Origin: Eledone cirrhosa
Taxonomy: Eukaryota
DNA: 64,000 nt
Assembly: GCA_964016885.1 (NCBI GenBank)
Contig: OZ024740.1
Location: 298,530,001-298,594,000, forward strand
Direction: 5' to 3'
Part shown: piece after piece, positions 9,086 to 20,832 of the stretch
Numbering within the stretch: position 1 is the stretch's first letter
Layout: each line of letters opens with the position of its first letter
Translations under genes and position numbers: made by a program
Notes under the pieces: model-generated
What the model was told of the DNA's origin: nothing
Databases searched by the model: none
What the model saw: the letters and a program-made list of their open reading frames with translations, nothing else

Positions 9086-10744
9086 CAACAACACCATCAG
9101 CTCTCTCCCTTCCATTCTCTTTCTCTGTCTCCTCTCCCTCTCTTTATCCTTCTCTCTCTCTGTTTATGAAGGTACCCAGAAAACCCCATATCTCGAGAAC
9201 CCATGCTTCGATTTACGCAAAACTTATTTTATTCCACTTGTATTCCAATTTCAAGGTCAACTTCCTTTCAAAGTATTTTCCCATTATGCGCCCATTTGGC
9301 TGTATTACACTACAGACAAGCAAGCAAGCAATCACAGACTTTTAGTAATATATAGATTGGTACAGCTCAATCATCATCATCATTTAATATCTGTTCTCTA
9401 GCAAGGGTTAGACTGGTCATCACTGACCAAGCCAGTACTTAATCAGATCCACTGATCTTTCACATGTACCTGTATTCTACAGAATGAGAAATGTTGTGCA
9501 ATCATGTCACCAGCACAAGGGAGGTCTTCATGTCTCTGATACAACTGAAGAGTCCTCTCTAGCCTTTGCTTGGGAAGCCCTTCCTATCATCCATCACTTT
9601 TCAGAGTGTATTGGGTGCATTTTATTAGGTCTCCAACACTAAAGAGGTTGTTGTGCCCTTGACACTTTTTGGCATGGTTTCTAAAGCTGGATGCCTTTCC
9701 TATCACCAACCACTGTATATATTATTAATAGATTTAAGTCCAAGTGAAGTTTTTCAAAGCTATGTATAAACCTTAGGTGGACAGGAAAATCAATATGAAA
9801 ATAAAGGATCTACTAAGCTGGATGCATTCAGCAACATTTAAATGTTTTCATCAGAGAAGGTAATTTAAATTGGTGAAGCTTTGTTTGGTAAGAATGAAAA
9901 CAACAACTGTTTTGAGCTGTAGAATTATTCCAGTGTAACCAGGTCCAAAAGAGGAAAAAACACGAACTGTTATATTAGAGAAAGCTATATTAGAGAAAGC
10001 TATAGGAGAGAAAAAAGGACATAAATGATACAAAAATACTCTATTAATAATAGAAAATAGTCAGACTTCATTCTAAATTTGAAATTAAAAGTATGAAGAC
10101 ATTCATAACAATTTCTTTCTATAAACGGCCTACATTTATCATGCAGGGATGGAATCTGGCTGTGTGGTTAAATAATACTAATACAGGCAGAACCTTCCAC
10201 AATGGGTAGCTTTTAAATAAAACTGATATTAACATAAAATGTGTGAACCATGATGGGATTTGAACCCATACTTCCTCTGTTGTTATGATATGACTACTAT
10301 ACATTCAACAGAGGAAATTACAAAATTGAAAAGTAAAATAAATGCATAGTAAAATATAAATAAATTCAATTATTTTCTGTCTATATCAAATTTTTTCCAT
10401 TATTTCTTAAATTATCCAATCAACAAGGGGTTTGGAAATCTGGGATGGATGTTTATGAGACTAGAGAAAATGTTTAAAATCTGAAAATAGTGTAGCACAA
10501 TTCACAGAAAACCTCTGATAGAAGTCTCAACAAAAGAGATTGTGCTGTGACTCAATAAAGTCACTATAATATGAAAGAAAATATTAAATTAAGAAGTAAA
10601 AACCATAAACTATAAAGTATTGATATATTTTGAATTGTTGCAAAGTCAATATTTTATTATGATTAAGTTCAAATTCTACTGATATTAGCATTGCTCTTTA
10701 TCCTTTTAAGATCGATAAACTATGGTACTATTCTGTAGGGGGTG

Positions 10745-11106
10745 ATTTTCGGGTGCAAATACAAGTGGCCGAAATGGGGGTTCCTTTGAAAGGTCTTTGG
10801 AGTAACATTACTTGATAGAGTGTGTAGCTTCACCGCATCGAGAGATCACAGTTCTGATACTATGGGCATGCGGTTAGAATATCTCAGAAAAAATTGCTGG
10901 ACATATTTTACGGCAAAACCAACTGGCAGGAGACCCATGGTAGACCCAGAGCAAGATGGTTGGATAAGATCCATGAGCTCGGCTGGTCTTGCTTGGGGAT
11001 CCAGCTGAATCAGTTGGAGATGGTTGCTTCAGACAGGACCTGCTGGAAGGAGTGTTTGAGGACTCGGCCTCCATGACCCTCTCAGGAATAAGTGGGCGAA
11101 GAAAAA
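10745..11106 (+). mobile_element. 3' fragment of a second RTE family (Rex3/Expander-like)
   Basis: Encodes degraded IQVAEMG..GVTLLDRV..IERSQ..YYGHAVR..PTGRRP; GAA-rich tail; homologous to 25491-25940, 28115-28862 and 46558-46700. Confidence 0.7.
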
Positions 11107-12317
11107 GTGAGGGAGATTTGCTATTATTCTATAAAGTTCTGTACTGAGATAGATGTAATTTATTATACAACCTTTCTCAGATTTGAGATTTTATCCTGCT
11201 ATTAAAAATCAATATTTTCTTGAGAAAATTATAGTCGTTCATTGAATAAACACTGGTATATTACCCAACCTTGAGGAATGAAACCCAAAGTTAATGTCAG
11301 CAGGATTTTAATTCAGAACTATGAAATACTAATCTAACTAAATGTAACATCCCTACTATTGAGACAATGGGGAACTTTAATATAGTCCCTTCACCTTCTA
11401 GAAATAACAACCAAATCTCCCTCATATCAAACATTATGATGTTAAAAGAGGTCACAATTGTAGAACAGATGTGGGAAGGTCAAGATGCTTCATGAAACCA
11501 TATATCCTGTATTGAAATCATGATTATGTGACATTAGCTTCACTAAGCTTATACTCTGCCAATGCTGAACCATCAGTTGCCTTAACTAGTTTGCTTGTAA
11601 CTTGAAGACAATGACAAATGAGCAAGACTTAGGAAGGGGTTCAAAGATGTACTGAAATGAAATGGACATCAATATGTATGAGTGAGAATTATTGGCTGTT
11701 AACTGACAAATGTCACATCTCATTGATAAACACGAGTAAAGAAAGCAATGTGAAGTGTCTTAGGCAGTGCCTCATCTCCCCTGAGACCATAAATGGTTGA
11801 CCTTTGATTGGACCTGGGGACCCCACACTGAGTTACATAGTCACATTCAAATTCACAAAATTTATATCTAGTAGATAATCATTCTCGACCCTGATGGAAT
11901 GCTGAGATGATGTTTGGAAAAAGACCTTTGATCATTTATATTTGATCAAAGTTAACTGTGGGCTAAACAACAACAAAAACATGCATGTCAACCTTTATGT
12001 GGTCATTCATACTGCTTTACATACCTCCCAAATATCTTCCAAATCACATCCCACCATAAAAAAAGGTGAAATAACACCATGACATGGTAACCTGAGATTT
12101 TAGAATAATATCAAATCTCCCTAAAATCACAACCTACTATCTTAAAAAGCACATTGAGTCAGCAGAGGGAGACTTTATATGATCACTTGACTTGTTAGCA
12201 GCTAAATCTTCCTCAAGTATCTTAGAATCTTAGGAAAAGGAGATTTGTAGTCCAAAATACAATGTCTGAAGATAAGATATTTGTCTTGGCTGGAACTTTT
12301 TTGATTATAAGGCTGAA

Positions 12318-12490
12318 GGGCAGTGGATTGGCACTATTGGTAGAGCATCAGCCTACATGCTTTATGGCATATAGCTGTAGCCCTTTATATTATGAGTTCA
12401 AATCCTGCCAATGTTAGCTTTGCTTTCATCCTTACGGGGTTGATAAAATCAAGTACCAGTAATGCCTTGTGCCTAAATCAGAAACCATTA
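12318..12490 (+). mobile_element. SINE family B copy
   Basis: ggattggca..ggtagagc..gagttcaaatcctgcc..tttgctttcatccttacggggttgataaa. Confidence 0.7.
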
Positions 12491-12739
12491 TAGGACTGAT
12501 GTGGATTTAAACATCAACAACAACCGAGAGAATATATTGGATAATATAACCCAAGAAACACTGTAAAAAACAGCAGGAATGTTATAGCTGGAACATTATT
12601 AATCTTGTGCTTGCATAATAAGGGCTGACCTAGGACCAAATAACAACAATTAGCCAGCTTCAATTCTGTAAAACATAAAAGAAAAAATGTTTCTATCATC
12701 AAATTTGAGACTATTTTCCTTTTATATAATTTATTTCAG

Positions 12740-12926
12740 TGATGTTAGAATCATGTTCTGACAATATTCTACAGCATGACTTAATGCGTGCAATAAAACA
12801 CGGTGTGAAAGAAACCCAGCTTATTATTCAAGGCATTAAAAATCTACAAAAGCTCCATGGCTCTGAAAAGAAGCAATTTACTCCAACAGCAAATGTAGAA
12901 GAGGAAATTTTTGAGGCCATAAAAAG
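12740..12926 (+). CDS. PNPT1: PNPT1 internal exon (187 nt, phase 1-2)
   Basis: tttcAG acceptor (12738-12739) and AG|GTATTT donor. Translates (V)MLESCSDNILQHDLMRAIKHGVKETQLIIQGIKNLQKLHGSEKK..., similar to human [36 protein letters not shown]. Confidence 0.93.
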
Positions 12927-13167
12927 GTATTTGTCTTCCAGACTTATTTCTATCTCTATCTGGTTTCCTTATGAATGTCACATATTTTTCCTCCAGCACC
13001 TTCACAACCTAGATTGCAACGTTTCTTCCATTCTGTCAGATCTATTTTTCTCAGTTATATTTCTACCAATATCATCTTTCATCATTATTTTTATATTTAC
13101 TCCACCTTGTCCGATCTCTCATCTCATCCTTTCACTTGCTCCTACAAAATCTCTCAATGCAGATACA

Positions 13168-13972
13168 TTTCTCAACCATGTCACACCCATCAACTGTCAC
13201 ATCTCTCAAGTCACATTTCTCAACCCTGTCACATCTCTCAACCCTGTCACATCTCTCAACCTTGTCACATCTCTCAACCTTGTCACATCCTTCATCCCTG
13301 TCACATCTCTCAACCCTGTCACATCTCTCAACCCTGTCATGTCTCCCAACCCTGTCACATCCCTCAACTGTCACATCTCAACACAGTCATATCTCTCAAC
13401 CTTGTCACATCTCTCAACCCTGTCACATCCCTCAACCCTGTCACATCCCTCAACATTCACATCCCTCAACCCTGTCACATCTCTCAACAGTCACATCGCT
13501 CAACCTTGTCACATCGCTCAACCTTGTCACATCTCTCAACCTTGTCACATCCCTCAACTGTCACATCCTTCATCCCTGTCACATCTCTCAACCCTGTCAC
13601 ATCTCTCAACCCTGTCATGTCTCTCAACCCTGTCACATCCCTCAACTGTCACATCTCAACACAGTCATATCCCTCAACTGTCACATCTCTCAACCCTGTC
13701 ACATCCCTCAACCCTGTCACATCCCTCAACCCTGTCACATCCCTCAACCCTGTCACATCTCTCAACAGTCACATCTCTCAACAGTCACATCTCTCAACCC
13801 AGTCACATCGCTCAACTGTCACATCTCTCAACCCTGTCACATCTCTCAGCACAGTCACATCTCTCAACCCTGTCACATCTCTCAGCACAGTCACATCTCT
13901 CAACACAGTTGCATCCCTCAACTCTGTCACATCTCTCAATCCAGTCACATCTCTTAACCCAGTTGCATCTCC
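13168..13972. repeat. Minisatellite, ~18-bp unit CCCTGTCACATCTCTCAA (16-18 bp variants)
   Basis: More than 40 tandem copies; the stop-free unit creates the long ORFs in all three + frames. Confidence 0.95.
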
Positions 13973-14094
13973 ACCCAACATATAACCAGTAATTTAATGA
14001 GATGTGTAACTCTGCTACATGATCTTGCCCTTAACTAAGAAGGTTTTACACCTTACTTAAATGATATCTATATAGTTGTTTTGTTCTATTTTAG

Positions 14095-14146
14095 TATGTC
14101 TACTCTGAGAATCAAAGAAGTTCTTCAAGATTCCAGACACGACAAA
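14095..14146 (+). CDS. PNPT1: PNPT1 internal exon (52 nt, phase 2-0), alpha-helical domain
   Basis: ttttAG acceptor and AAA|GTGAGT donor. Translates (S)MSTLRIKEVLQDSRHDK versus human LAMERLYAVFTDYEHDK; the phase matches the previous exon. Confidence 0.85.
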
Positions 14147-16109
14147 GTGAGTTGACAAGGCTTTTTATCCATTTTCAATATTGTAGTAGTTTTGGTTGTC
14201 TTTGTTGAAGTTGACTGATGATACATTAGTACTATAGTTACCTCAATACTCATCATTATCATCATTTTCACATCCACTTGTCCATGCTTGCTCGGGTTAG
14301 ATAAGTCTTTTTCAGTACAGCATTTCTCCACTTGTTTCTTTCTCTTGCCATCTACTTTGTGAAGTTCACATACACAAATATATATGTGATGGGCTTCAGC
14401 AGTTTCTGTCTATTCCTGTAGGGTAGAGAGGACTCTTCGGTTGACATAATGACTCACCACCTCTCTTGTGCTAGTGTCATGAAAAATGAATCTAGTACAC
14501 TCTGTAAGGTGGTTGGTGATAGGAAGGGAATCCCGTAGAAACCATGCCAAAAAAGATTGATTGGACTCTTCAGTTTTATCAATGGCACAACAGCCTCTCT
14601 AGAGTTGGTGATCTACATGATAAACACGCCCAGTGCATTCTGTAAAGCGGTTGGTAATAGGAAGTGCATCCAGCCATGGTAAACCTTTCAAACAAAGGTT
14701 TGGGAGGACTTTTCAGTTGTGTCAAAGACATTCCAACTTCTCTAGTTCTAGTGCCCGTGCCACAATAAAATGCATGTGATAGAGTACAGAAATGTATGTA
14801 AGTGAGATACAGGCTCCTGGCTCATCTCTGAGGCCAGTAACTTCACTTGAGAACTGACTTAGTCAGTGAAAACCTGTCAAGCCCTTGTTAGCAGGGGAAA
14901 TGGATGTAAATGAGGGTGATAATGACATTGGTCAACCTGCGACTATAGTAGAAGACACCTAAAGTGCCAAGCTGTGGGGTTGAACCTGAAACCACATGGA
15001 TGCAAAGAAAACAACTTAACCACACAGCCATGCCTGTGTTTTTGCCTATGTGTGTATATATATATGTGTATATGTGTGTGTATGTATATAATGTGCATAT
15101 TTGTTTGGTAAAGTAATCTCTTTTGTATATATTAGTCGATACCTTTTAATATCCAGCCTCTTTCTCAACTCACTTATATTGAACCATTTTTTTTTAAACA
15201 TTATACATCCAACAGACTGCACTCCATTAAGTCTTTTTCCATCCACAGAAGATCTCAGCATCCATTGGCTAATTATTGCTGTTTTATTTTTAAATTCATC
15301 TTTCATCCATATTTTGTTTTCTCTCTCTCTTGTTCTCAATAGACCACATTCTTACTTCAGATATTGTTTTCACTGATGTTTGTAAACAATGCCAAATATT
15401 TTAAAGAAATAATATAAAAGCAATAAATAATACTCACCAAAAAATAAACACAACAAAAACAAAACAAATAACAAACAAAAACCTAACTTTTTATTTTTTC
15501 AAATAAGAGATGTTTTATTTGTCAGTACCAGAACTTCTGAACCAACACAAATCTCTACATTGAGTCTTTCTTGTTTGTTTATTATTCTAACTTTAGGAGG
15601 CATTTTGCTGCTTTGATTCATATTTGCTGTTGTTTTGGTATCTATGATTCTGTCTCAAAATATTAGTAATCATATTATTTCATAGTGTTAATCATATTAA
15701 TCATGTGTTATTTCTAGCTACTCTACATCATATTGTTTCAACTAGCTAGAGATCTTCATGTTATTGCAATATATAGTAAGTGCTTTGGCTTCTCTGGATA
15801 TGTGTATATATATTATGTCTATACACACATATATATATAATCATTTGTTTATCCCAGTGTACACAGACACACACACACACATATATATAATCATCATTTG
15901 TTTTTCCCAGTGTACACACACAACTTCAATGAATAACATAAGAAGGCTGGATTCCTATATCCTCCTTTATTGTTGCTTCATACATATTTCTGTGGCCAAT
16001 TTATGTCATCAGATGAGGACACAAAACAATTGGTGATGTCATTAGATGGTATGAACATAATAAATTTAGGTAAGTAATCCTTACTAGGGCACAGCAAAAT
16101 ATAAAAAAA

Positions 16110-16422
16110 TAGTGTAGGCAACACGGTAAAAACCTCCCAGTCCCACACTGTAAATGTGGTTGGTGTTAGGAAGGGCATCCAGCTGTAGAAAACCCGCCAG
16201 ACAGTCCACGCTGTAATGTGGCCATGTAGGCAACACAGTAAAAACCTCCCAGCCCCACACTGTAAATGTGGTTGGTGTTAGGAAGGGCATCCAGCTGTAG
16301 AAAACCCGCCAGAAAGTCCTATGCGAGCAAGACAACCACTCTTGCCTCAAGTGGGAAAACTCCCGTCCAAACCCATGCAAGCGTGGAACATGGATGTTAA
16401 ACGGTGCTGATGATGATGATGA
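16110..16422 (+). mobile_element. RTE 3' UTR fragment with internal duplication and (GAT)n tail
   Basis: Reverse complement of the 7419-7640 region. Confidence 0.8.
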
Positions 16423-16684
16423 ATCAATGATGTGGAAGCTGCCAAGCTAGCTGTGTTATTGGTACCACGGCATTGCTGGAGGCAAAGCTGTGGTAGTGAT
16501 AACATGGCTAGCTTGGTTGACTCAGTTTCATTGATTATTTATTTAGATTTATGTTTATACCATGTGATGATATCGCTGATTGTTTTGTGACAAGGTCTAA
16601 TGACGTAAATGAGCCACATAAATATGTATTATGCAACAATAAAGGAGGGTATTGAAATCCAGTCATCTTATGTCTTTCATTTCA

Positions 16685-16720
<36 letters not shown>

Positions 16721-16723
<3 letters not shown>

Positions 16724-19700
16724 AATGGACATGTTAGGCAATACTGTGATGGCTTCGAAGGGATCCACAGAGGTTATGGATTCGGTGCTAGAAATGAGGT
16801 AGGTTGCAGGCTTCTGGAATTCTGCGATGCCAGTGATCTATCTATCTGTAACACAAACTTCAAAAAATCACTAGATCATCTATAGATCAGGTGAGTATGC
16901 CAGTCAGATAGATTTTATCCTCATCAGAAGAAGAGATAGAGTGACAGTTGTAAACACAAAGTCCCTACCTGGTGAAGAATGCACCTCCCAAACTAACGTA
17001 GAATTTTGTGACCATATAGTTTTGGTTAGATGAATTCAATGACAGAGGACAACTTTGTGGAGAAGAATATGGAAGTTAAAGGATCCCGTAGCCACTAACA
17101 AATTTAGAGGCATGCTGCTTGATGCTTTTGACAGTAAGGAAGAACATAAAATATAGAGGAGTAGTGGGAGTTATTTAAAGATAACCTACTGAATGCAACA
17201 AAAAGAAATGTGTGGTTGGAGCAGGTTCCTAGGTAGAAGGAGAGTAACTTTGTGGTGCAAAAGTAGGATGGATAAGGCAATGGAAAGAATGGCAGAATGG
17301 AGGAAGTTAGAGAGCACTACCAGGAGGCTAGGACAGAAGCTGGGTGACAAGTGTATTTAGAAGAATGGTATTATAACAGATAATAGTTGCTGTAGAAGTA
17401 ACAAGAATGGCTTTTTGTTTTATATACAAAGGTTTACTTCATTGAAGTCAAAGAAAGGACAATACACAAATTACCACAAGTTGTGAAGGTTGAACGATGT
17501 GATGGTGTAGTTGGTTCATGAGGCTATTGGTAGTAAAAAGGGTTGCTCTTAACTTGTTCACTGGAGTAGGCTGGTAATTGCATCCCATGTGTCGTGGGTG
17601 AAGGCTGAGTTGCATCTTGATTCCAGGACTGGTGCGGGTAAAAAAGAGAGATAGAGCGCTTTACTGTCTCCATATATAGTCCCCATGGGGACGTAACTGC
17701 ATTTACTTCTGTTGTTGACACAAGGGATCACTACAGTCCCCAAGGATAGTTTGTTTCCTAGTATCCATAGGCGGTAAGTCCTGAAAATAGGAGCGCAAAC
17801 GAGATACGTAGAAAAGAGGATCCTGAAAAGCAAGATCAACAGGAGCAAGCATTTGCCCAGGCAACGCTAGAGGAGCACCATACAATAATTCGGCCGGGGA
17901 GAACCGAAAGTCCTCCTTTATTGATGACCAAATTCCTAATAACACAATAGGAAGGTACTCGCTCCAATGTAGAGAGTCTGGATAGGCGCGAAGAGCGGCC
18001 TTTAATTGGTGATGAAAACGTTCCACCATTCCGTTCGAAGCAGGATGATAAGATGTGATCTGAATAAGTTGAGCACCAATAATTTTTGTCAGCTCTGAGA
18101 AAAGATGAGATTCAAATTGTCTACCACGGTCTGTGGTAATTGTGGTTGGCACGCCATAGCGAGCAATCCACCCTGATACCAGGGCACGCACTATCGTTTC
18201 GGCGGTAATGTCCTTTAAGGGGATGGCTTCAGGCCATCGCGAAAAACGATCAATGCAGGTCAAAAGGTAAGAATATCCACTACTGAATGGCCAAGGTCCA
18301 ATGATATCGATGTGGATGTGTTGAAAATGAGCATCCGGAGTACTGAAAGTACCAAGTGGAGTCCGGATGTGTCTGTGGACTTTAGATTTTTGACACTGTA
18401 TGCAGGAACGGCACCAGGCAGTAATTTCTCGCCTCATATTTGGCCAGAAAAATCTAGCCGTTATGAGCTTTACTGTGGTTGAAACTCCTGCGTGAGAAAT
18501 GCTATGCAAAGCAAGGAACACAATTCGATGGTGAGTCTCGGGAACATAAGGTCGTGGTGAATCCGTAGATAAGTCGCAGAAGATCTGCCTGTCGGTAGTC
18601 GACAAGGGCAGATATTTCAGGTTGCAAGTCACAAATTCGGTTGATTGAGTATCCAACGATTCGAGCGCAGATTGGTCTGCTGCCAGATGGCTTAAATCAA
18701 TCTCCTGGGATGACGAAATCGAGCTGATTGGCAAGCGTGACAAGGTGTCTGCAGCTGTGTTTAGTGAGCCAGCAATGTGCTGTATATCATTTGTGCGAAA
18801 TGTAATCAAGGTGCCTTGCTCTCTGGGTGAATATTTGTTGGCTTTAGCCCTCAAAGCGAAGGTCAGAGGTTTGTGGTCAGTGAAAACCATAAAAAGTTCT
18901 TCCCTCAAGAATATGAGAAAAATGTTTCAATGACAGATATATGGCTAATAACTCCTGACCAAACGTGCTGTAACGAGTTTCTGCTGGTTTCAGCTTCCTG
19001 GAGAAAAATGCCAAAGGTTGTTGGTTTCCAGCGTTATACTGTTTTAAAACTGCTCCCACAGCGGTATCAGATGCATCAACACAAAGCGAAAGCTTGGCCT
19101 CTGGTACTGGGTGGGCTAGCAAAGATGAATTAGCAAGTGCTGTCTTGGCAGTCTGGAAATCTTCGAGTTGTCTTTGTGTCAAGGATATATCCTCGTTCTT
19201 CTTACAACGGTTTTTCAAAATCTCAGTAAGGGAAAACAGTAATTTTGCACATTGAGGAACGAAACGTCTATAAAAATTGATTAGGCCTAAGAAGTGACGC
19301 AACTGGAGGTAAATCCTGTATAGCCTTAACTCGCTGCAGAAGGGTTTGAATACCCTCGGCGTCGATGATGTGACCTAAAAAATTCAGTGAAGTGGATCTG
19401 AAAACGCACTTTGCAGGATTCACTCGAACGCGGTAATCCTGGAGTCGGCGAAATAAAAGGTTCAGGTGATGCATATGCTCTTCTGGAGAGGAACTAGCGA
19501 CGAGAAGAGCATCTATATATGCATAAACGAAGTCCAGACCTCGTCTATGAACCGCTGAAAAGTGCTAGCGGCATTCCTGAGTCCGCAAGGCATGGTAAAA
19601 AACTCGAAGGATCTGCAAGGAGTCGTAATAGCTGTTTTCGGAATGTCTTCCTTCCTGACCGGAATTTGGAGGTAAGATCGCACTAAATCGAGTTTGGAGA

Positions 19701-20740
19701 AAATCTTACAACCCTGCAGCGAAGATGCGAAATCCTGGAGATGGGGAATCGGATATCTATCTGGGACGGTCATCGCGTTTAACCTCCTATAATCCCCGGT
19801 GGGTCTCCAGTTGCCAGAAGTCTTGGGCACCATATGTAACGGTGAAGCCCAAGGACTCGTAGATTGGCGAATAATGCCCAGCTGCAGCATATGGTCGAAC
19901 TCGGACTGTGCTGCCTTTAACTTGCCCCAAGGGGCGTAACTCTCATGAGTTCTGGATTTCACCGCTAGGGGTCACTACATGTACTTTGCAAAAAGGGAAG
20001 CAAACAATAAAAAAATTAAACATGTTCTGCAATGCGAGGTCGAAAGGCATTAGGTGTTCAGGATTGTGAGGCAGTTTGTCGGGAAATTTTGATGTTGACA
20101 GAGAGTGTTTTCTAAGATGATAATAGTCTACTTGCCCTCACTGATGCTGAAAAGAAGGTGGCATGGAAGTGCCATTAAGAATGACTATTGAATCAGGAGA
20201 ATGGGGAAGAAGATAGTTTGCTCCAAGTAAACCCAAAAGAGTGATCATCTGTATAAATCAGCAGTAGGGTCAACCACCCATTTTATAAACAAAGTAATAA
20301 AAATGGTGTCATACCCAACAACTGGCATAGCATCATTACCATCAACTGCTACAAGAGAGATGGCAGATGAGATGGTTTAGACAGACAAAGCCATAGAGGC
20401 ATCAAGCTGATTGATCAGAAGGTCACAGAAAGAGTTATAGTACAGCTGATCAGGGACCGAGTTTACCCAGATGAGATGCAATTCGGATTTGTGCCAGGTA
20501 AAAGTACCACTGATGCCTTCTTCCTTGTGAGGCAAATGCAGGAGAAGTACCTAGCTAAAATAAACCCCTCTATTTGGCATTTATTGATCTGGAGAAAGTT
20601 TTTGATAGTCCTCCTTTCCATTATCTGGTGGGCTCTTAGAAAACTAGTAGAAGAATGACTTGTGGGGTACAAGCCATGTATAGAAGAACAGTCAGTAAGG
20701 TTAGAATTAATGTTGGGGCCTTATCAAGTCCTCTTTGAAT
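16721..20740 (+). mobile_element. Older degraded RTE LINE, split by a Gypsy insertion (16721-17355 and 19984-20740)
   Basis: FNGHV..GYGFGARNEVGCRLLEFCDA..ICNTNFKK (APE endonuclease C-terminal part) on the left and MQFGFVPGKSTTDAFFLVRQMQEKYL on the right. The two junction sequences are collinear with the RTE at about 21100. Confidence 0.85.
17356..19979 (-). mobile_element. Ty3/Gypsy LTR retrotransposon, internally deleted (RT-RNase H-integrase and 3' LTR)
   Basis: [24 protein letters not shown] (RT); DASD..FFSRKL..YSTFGQELLAIY, FTDHKPL (RNase H); H..H..CIQC, HIDIIGP, TDRGRQF, NGMVE (integrase). PPT-like GGGGAC precedes TGTAGTGA at 17735. Probable TSD TGTA (17352-17355 and 19980-19983). Frameshifted. 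Confidence 0.93.
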
Positions 20741-20832
20741 TTTGGTCTTTGTATTTATTATTATTGTTATTATATATAAGCAGGGAAAAGCGGACATAAA
20801 ATGATGATGATGATTATATATATATATATATA

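Larger units (their letters stand above)
6739..9356 (-). mobile_element. Non-autonomous Helitron with nested insertions
   Basis: The minus strand starts A|TCTATATATTACTAAAAG (9356) and ends with hairpin GCGACCC-AAC-GGGTCAC, an 8-nt spacer and CTAG|T (6739). These are canonical Helitron termini in an A|T target with no TSD. Confidence 0.75.

Noticed and set aside
12739-13992. 417/336/273-aa ORFs treated as genes
   Set aside because: Only 12740-12926 is PNPT1-like; the rest is an 18-bp minisatellite open in all frames.
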